Source: Escherichia phage IME08. Taken from it: a stretch of 64,000 nucleotides of DNA. Of the stretch, positions 62,781-64,000 are shown piece after piece. The stretch is from the sequence record NC_014260.1, one strand, 5' to 3'. The notes under the pieces are model-generated. The model saw nothing but the letters and a program-made list of their open reading frames with translations. It ran no database searches and was not told the DNA's origin. Each line of letters begins with the position of its first letter. Position 1 is the first letter of the stretch. The translations under genes were made by a program, and so were the position numbers.

Positions 62781-63998
62781 TTACCCTTGGATGAATTTTT
62801 CTGGGATGTCATAGAGGTCTATGCATGAAGCCAAAAGAGGCAGTACATCAAACCGTGTAGATTTGACAAATGAATCAAAAGATACAGGGCTTTCGGAAGT
62901 ATCGAAGTCATCTTGATATACGACCAACTCGCCGGTTTCCATTAGTACGTCACCATCATACACCACAGATTCTTGAAGCTCATCTGTCGTCATAACTTCA
63001 GCTTGGATGAGTTTTGTATTATTAGATGTTGTTCCGTCATTATTAGAAGCATCTGTTATTTTATTAACTTTGACCATCAATCCGCGCGGTAGAATAACTT
63101 CAGCTTCTGTTGCTATTCCGAGACTTCCTGGATATACAACATTGACTTTATGAGCCCCATCAATCGCCCATCCTATTTGAACTTTAACGTAATCAGGATT
63201 TTCTTTATACGCTCTTATTTCATTAGGATTAATAGTTATTCCTTCTTCATTTTTATCGACTGTCAATTCATCGCGAACTTCCGGTTCTAAAAGACCAATA
63301 CCAGCGTGTGTAACACCAAATCGTCCAAAAATGATAGGGGTTAAAGAAGTAGATACAAAATTTCTGAAATAGAACACTTTATTTTTAACTAGTGCTTCGT
63401 ATATAGGAGCAGTCATACTCTGTGCACGATAAACTGTGATGCCTTCTGGTATACGGTCACCGTTTTCAAAAGCAGAATCCAAATTATTGACTGCAGATTC
63501 AATAGATTTTTCGTTCATTACATCATAGTTATGAGGATTATAGCGTCCTAAAAGAAGATTATTGATGTCTGTATATCCAGAACCACAATATTCTCTGATG
63601 CCGCGCTTTTGTGATGGGGTATATTTAGAGCCCTCACGAGCAATAGTAATATCGACCATAATACCGCCGCCCACACCAGCAAAACTATATACGCGTTTTT
63701 TAATGAATTTGGTCTTGGCTGCTTTCCACTTGGACTCGGTCAATTCATTCCAGAGGTCGTCGGGTTGGCCTTTACGAGTTTTGTTATGCTGGGCCAACCA
63801 TTCGCCTTTGTATTCTTCGAAAACGGTATTAATAACAGAGGCATATTTTTCTAGAGCTTTAACAGATGTCAAAGGTTCGTTTTTGATGGCTGTAAGAATT
63901 TTCTCTTTAATTTTCTCTTGGATTTCACCTATACCATGAAGAGGAAACATTTTATAATCGTAATGCAACTCTTCAGCAGTGCCTTCGGCTACTATATT
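62781..63998 (-). CDS. alt: Alt ADP-ribosyltransferase, 5' end beyond window
   Basis: Near-collinear with T4 Alt C-terminal half (YTP.QKRGIREY.GSGY.DINN, FYFRNFVSTSL, VKVNKITDAS.NDGT, ASCIDI); frame open to window edge. Confidence 0.85.
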   Translation of the reverse strand, partial: NIVAEGTAEELHYDYKMFPLHGIGEIQEKIKEKILTAIKNEPLTSVKALEKYASVINTVFEEYKGEWLAQHNKTRKGQPDDLWNELTESKWKAAKTKFIKKRVYSFAGVGGGIMVDITIAREGSKYTPSQKRGIREYCGSGYTDINNLLLGRYNPHNYDVMNEKSIESAVNNLDSAFENGDRIPEGITVYRAQSMTAPIYEALVKNKVFYFRNFVSTSLTPIIFGRFGVTHAGIGLLEPEVRDELTVDKNEEGITINPNEIRAYKENPDYVKVQIGWAIDGAHKVNVVYPGSLGIATEAEVILPRGLMVKVNKITDASNNDGTTSNNTKLIQAEVMTTDELQESVVYDGDVLMETGELVVYQDDFDTSESPVSFDSFVKSTRFDVLPLLASCIDLYDIPEKFIQG

Positions 63999-64000
63999 AG

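Overview
This window is a T4-like (Tevenvirinae-type) myovirus genome segment, not bacterial chromosome. Calls rest on reading the six-frame translations against remembered T4 protein sequences and gene order; no database search was run. Layout: (i) 1-10,830, minus strand: an early/accessory region with many small ORFs, a 3-tRNA cluster (Arg-UCU, Asn-GUU, Met-CAU), four proteins carrying the T4 capsid-targeting sequence MKTY(Q/N)EF, then 57B, 57A, 1, 3, 2, 4. (ii) 10,876-40,527, plus strand: the late structural module 53, 5, 5.1, 5.4, 6-12, wac, 13-23. (iii) 40,586-49,835: an accessory capsid/decoration region with a segD-like GIY-YIG gene, two tandem gene 24 paralogs, a collagen-like protein with no start codon, rnlB, a second Hoc-like protein, hoc and inh. 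(iv) 49,886-60,270: uvsW, uvsW.1, a second GIY-YIG gene, uvsY, and 25, 26, 51, 27, 28, 29, 48, 54. (v) 60,306-64,000, minus strand: two Alt-family ADP-ribosyltransferase genes, the second truncated by the window edge. The ORF track uses TTG/GTG as well as ATG starts and reports the longest ORF, so several starts were moved to an internal ATG with a Shine-Dalgarno. Most interesting: a tandem array of five small acidic paralogs ending in W-x-S-S-S-x-x-Cys (868-2110); the collagen-like gene that is out of frame with its upstream ORF (44,206-45,602); a convergent Hoc paralog pair; duplicated gp24 and Alt; and the multi-gene CTS internal-protein locus.
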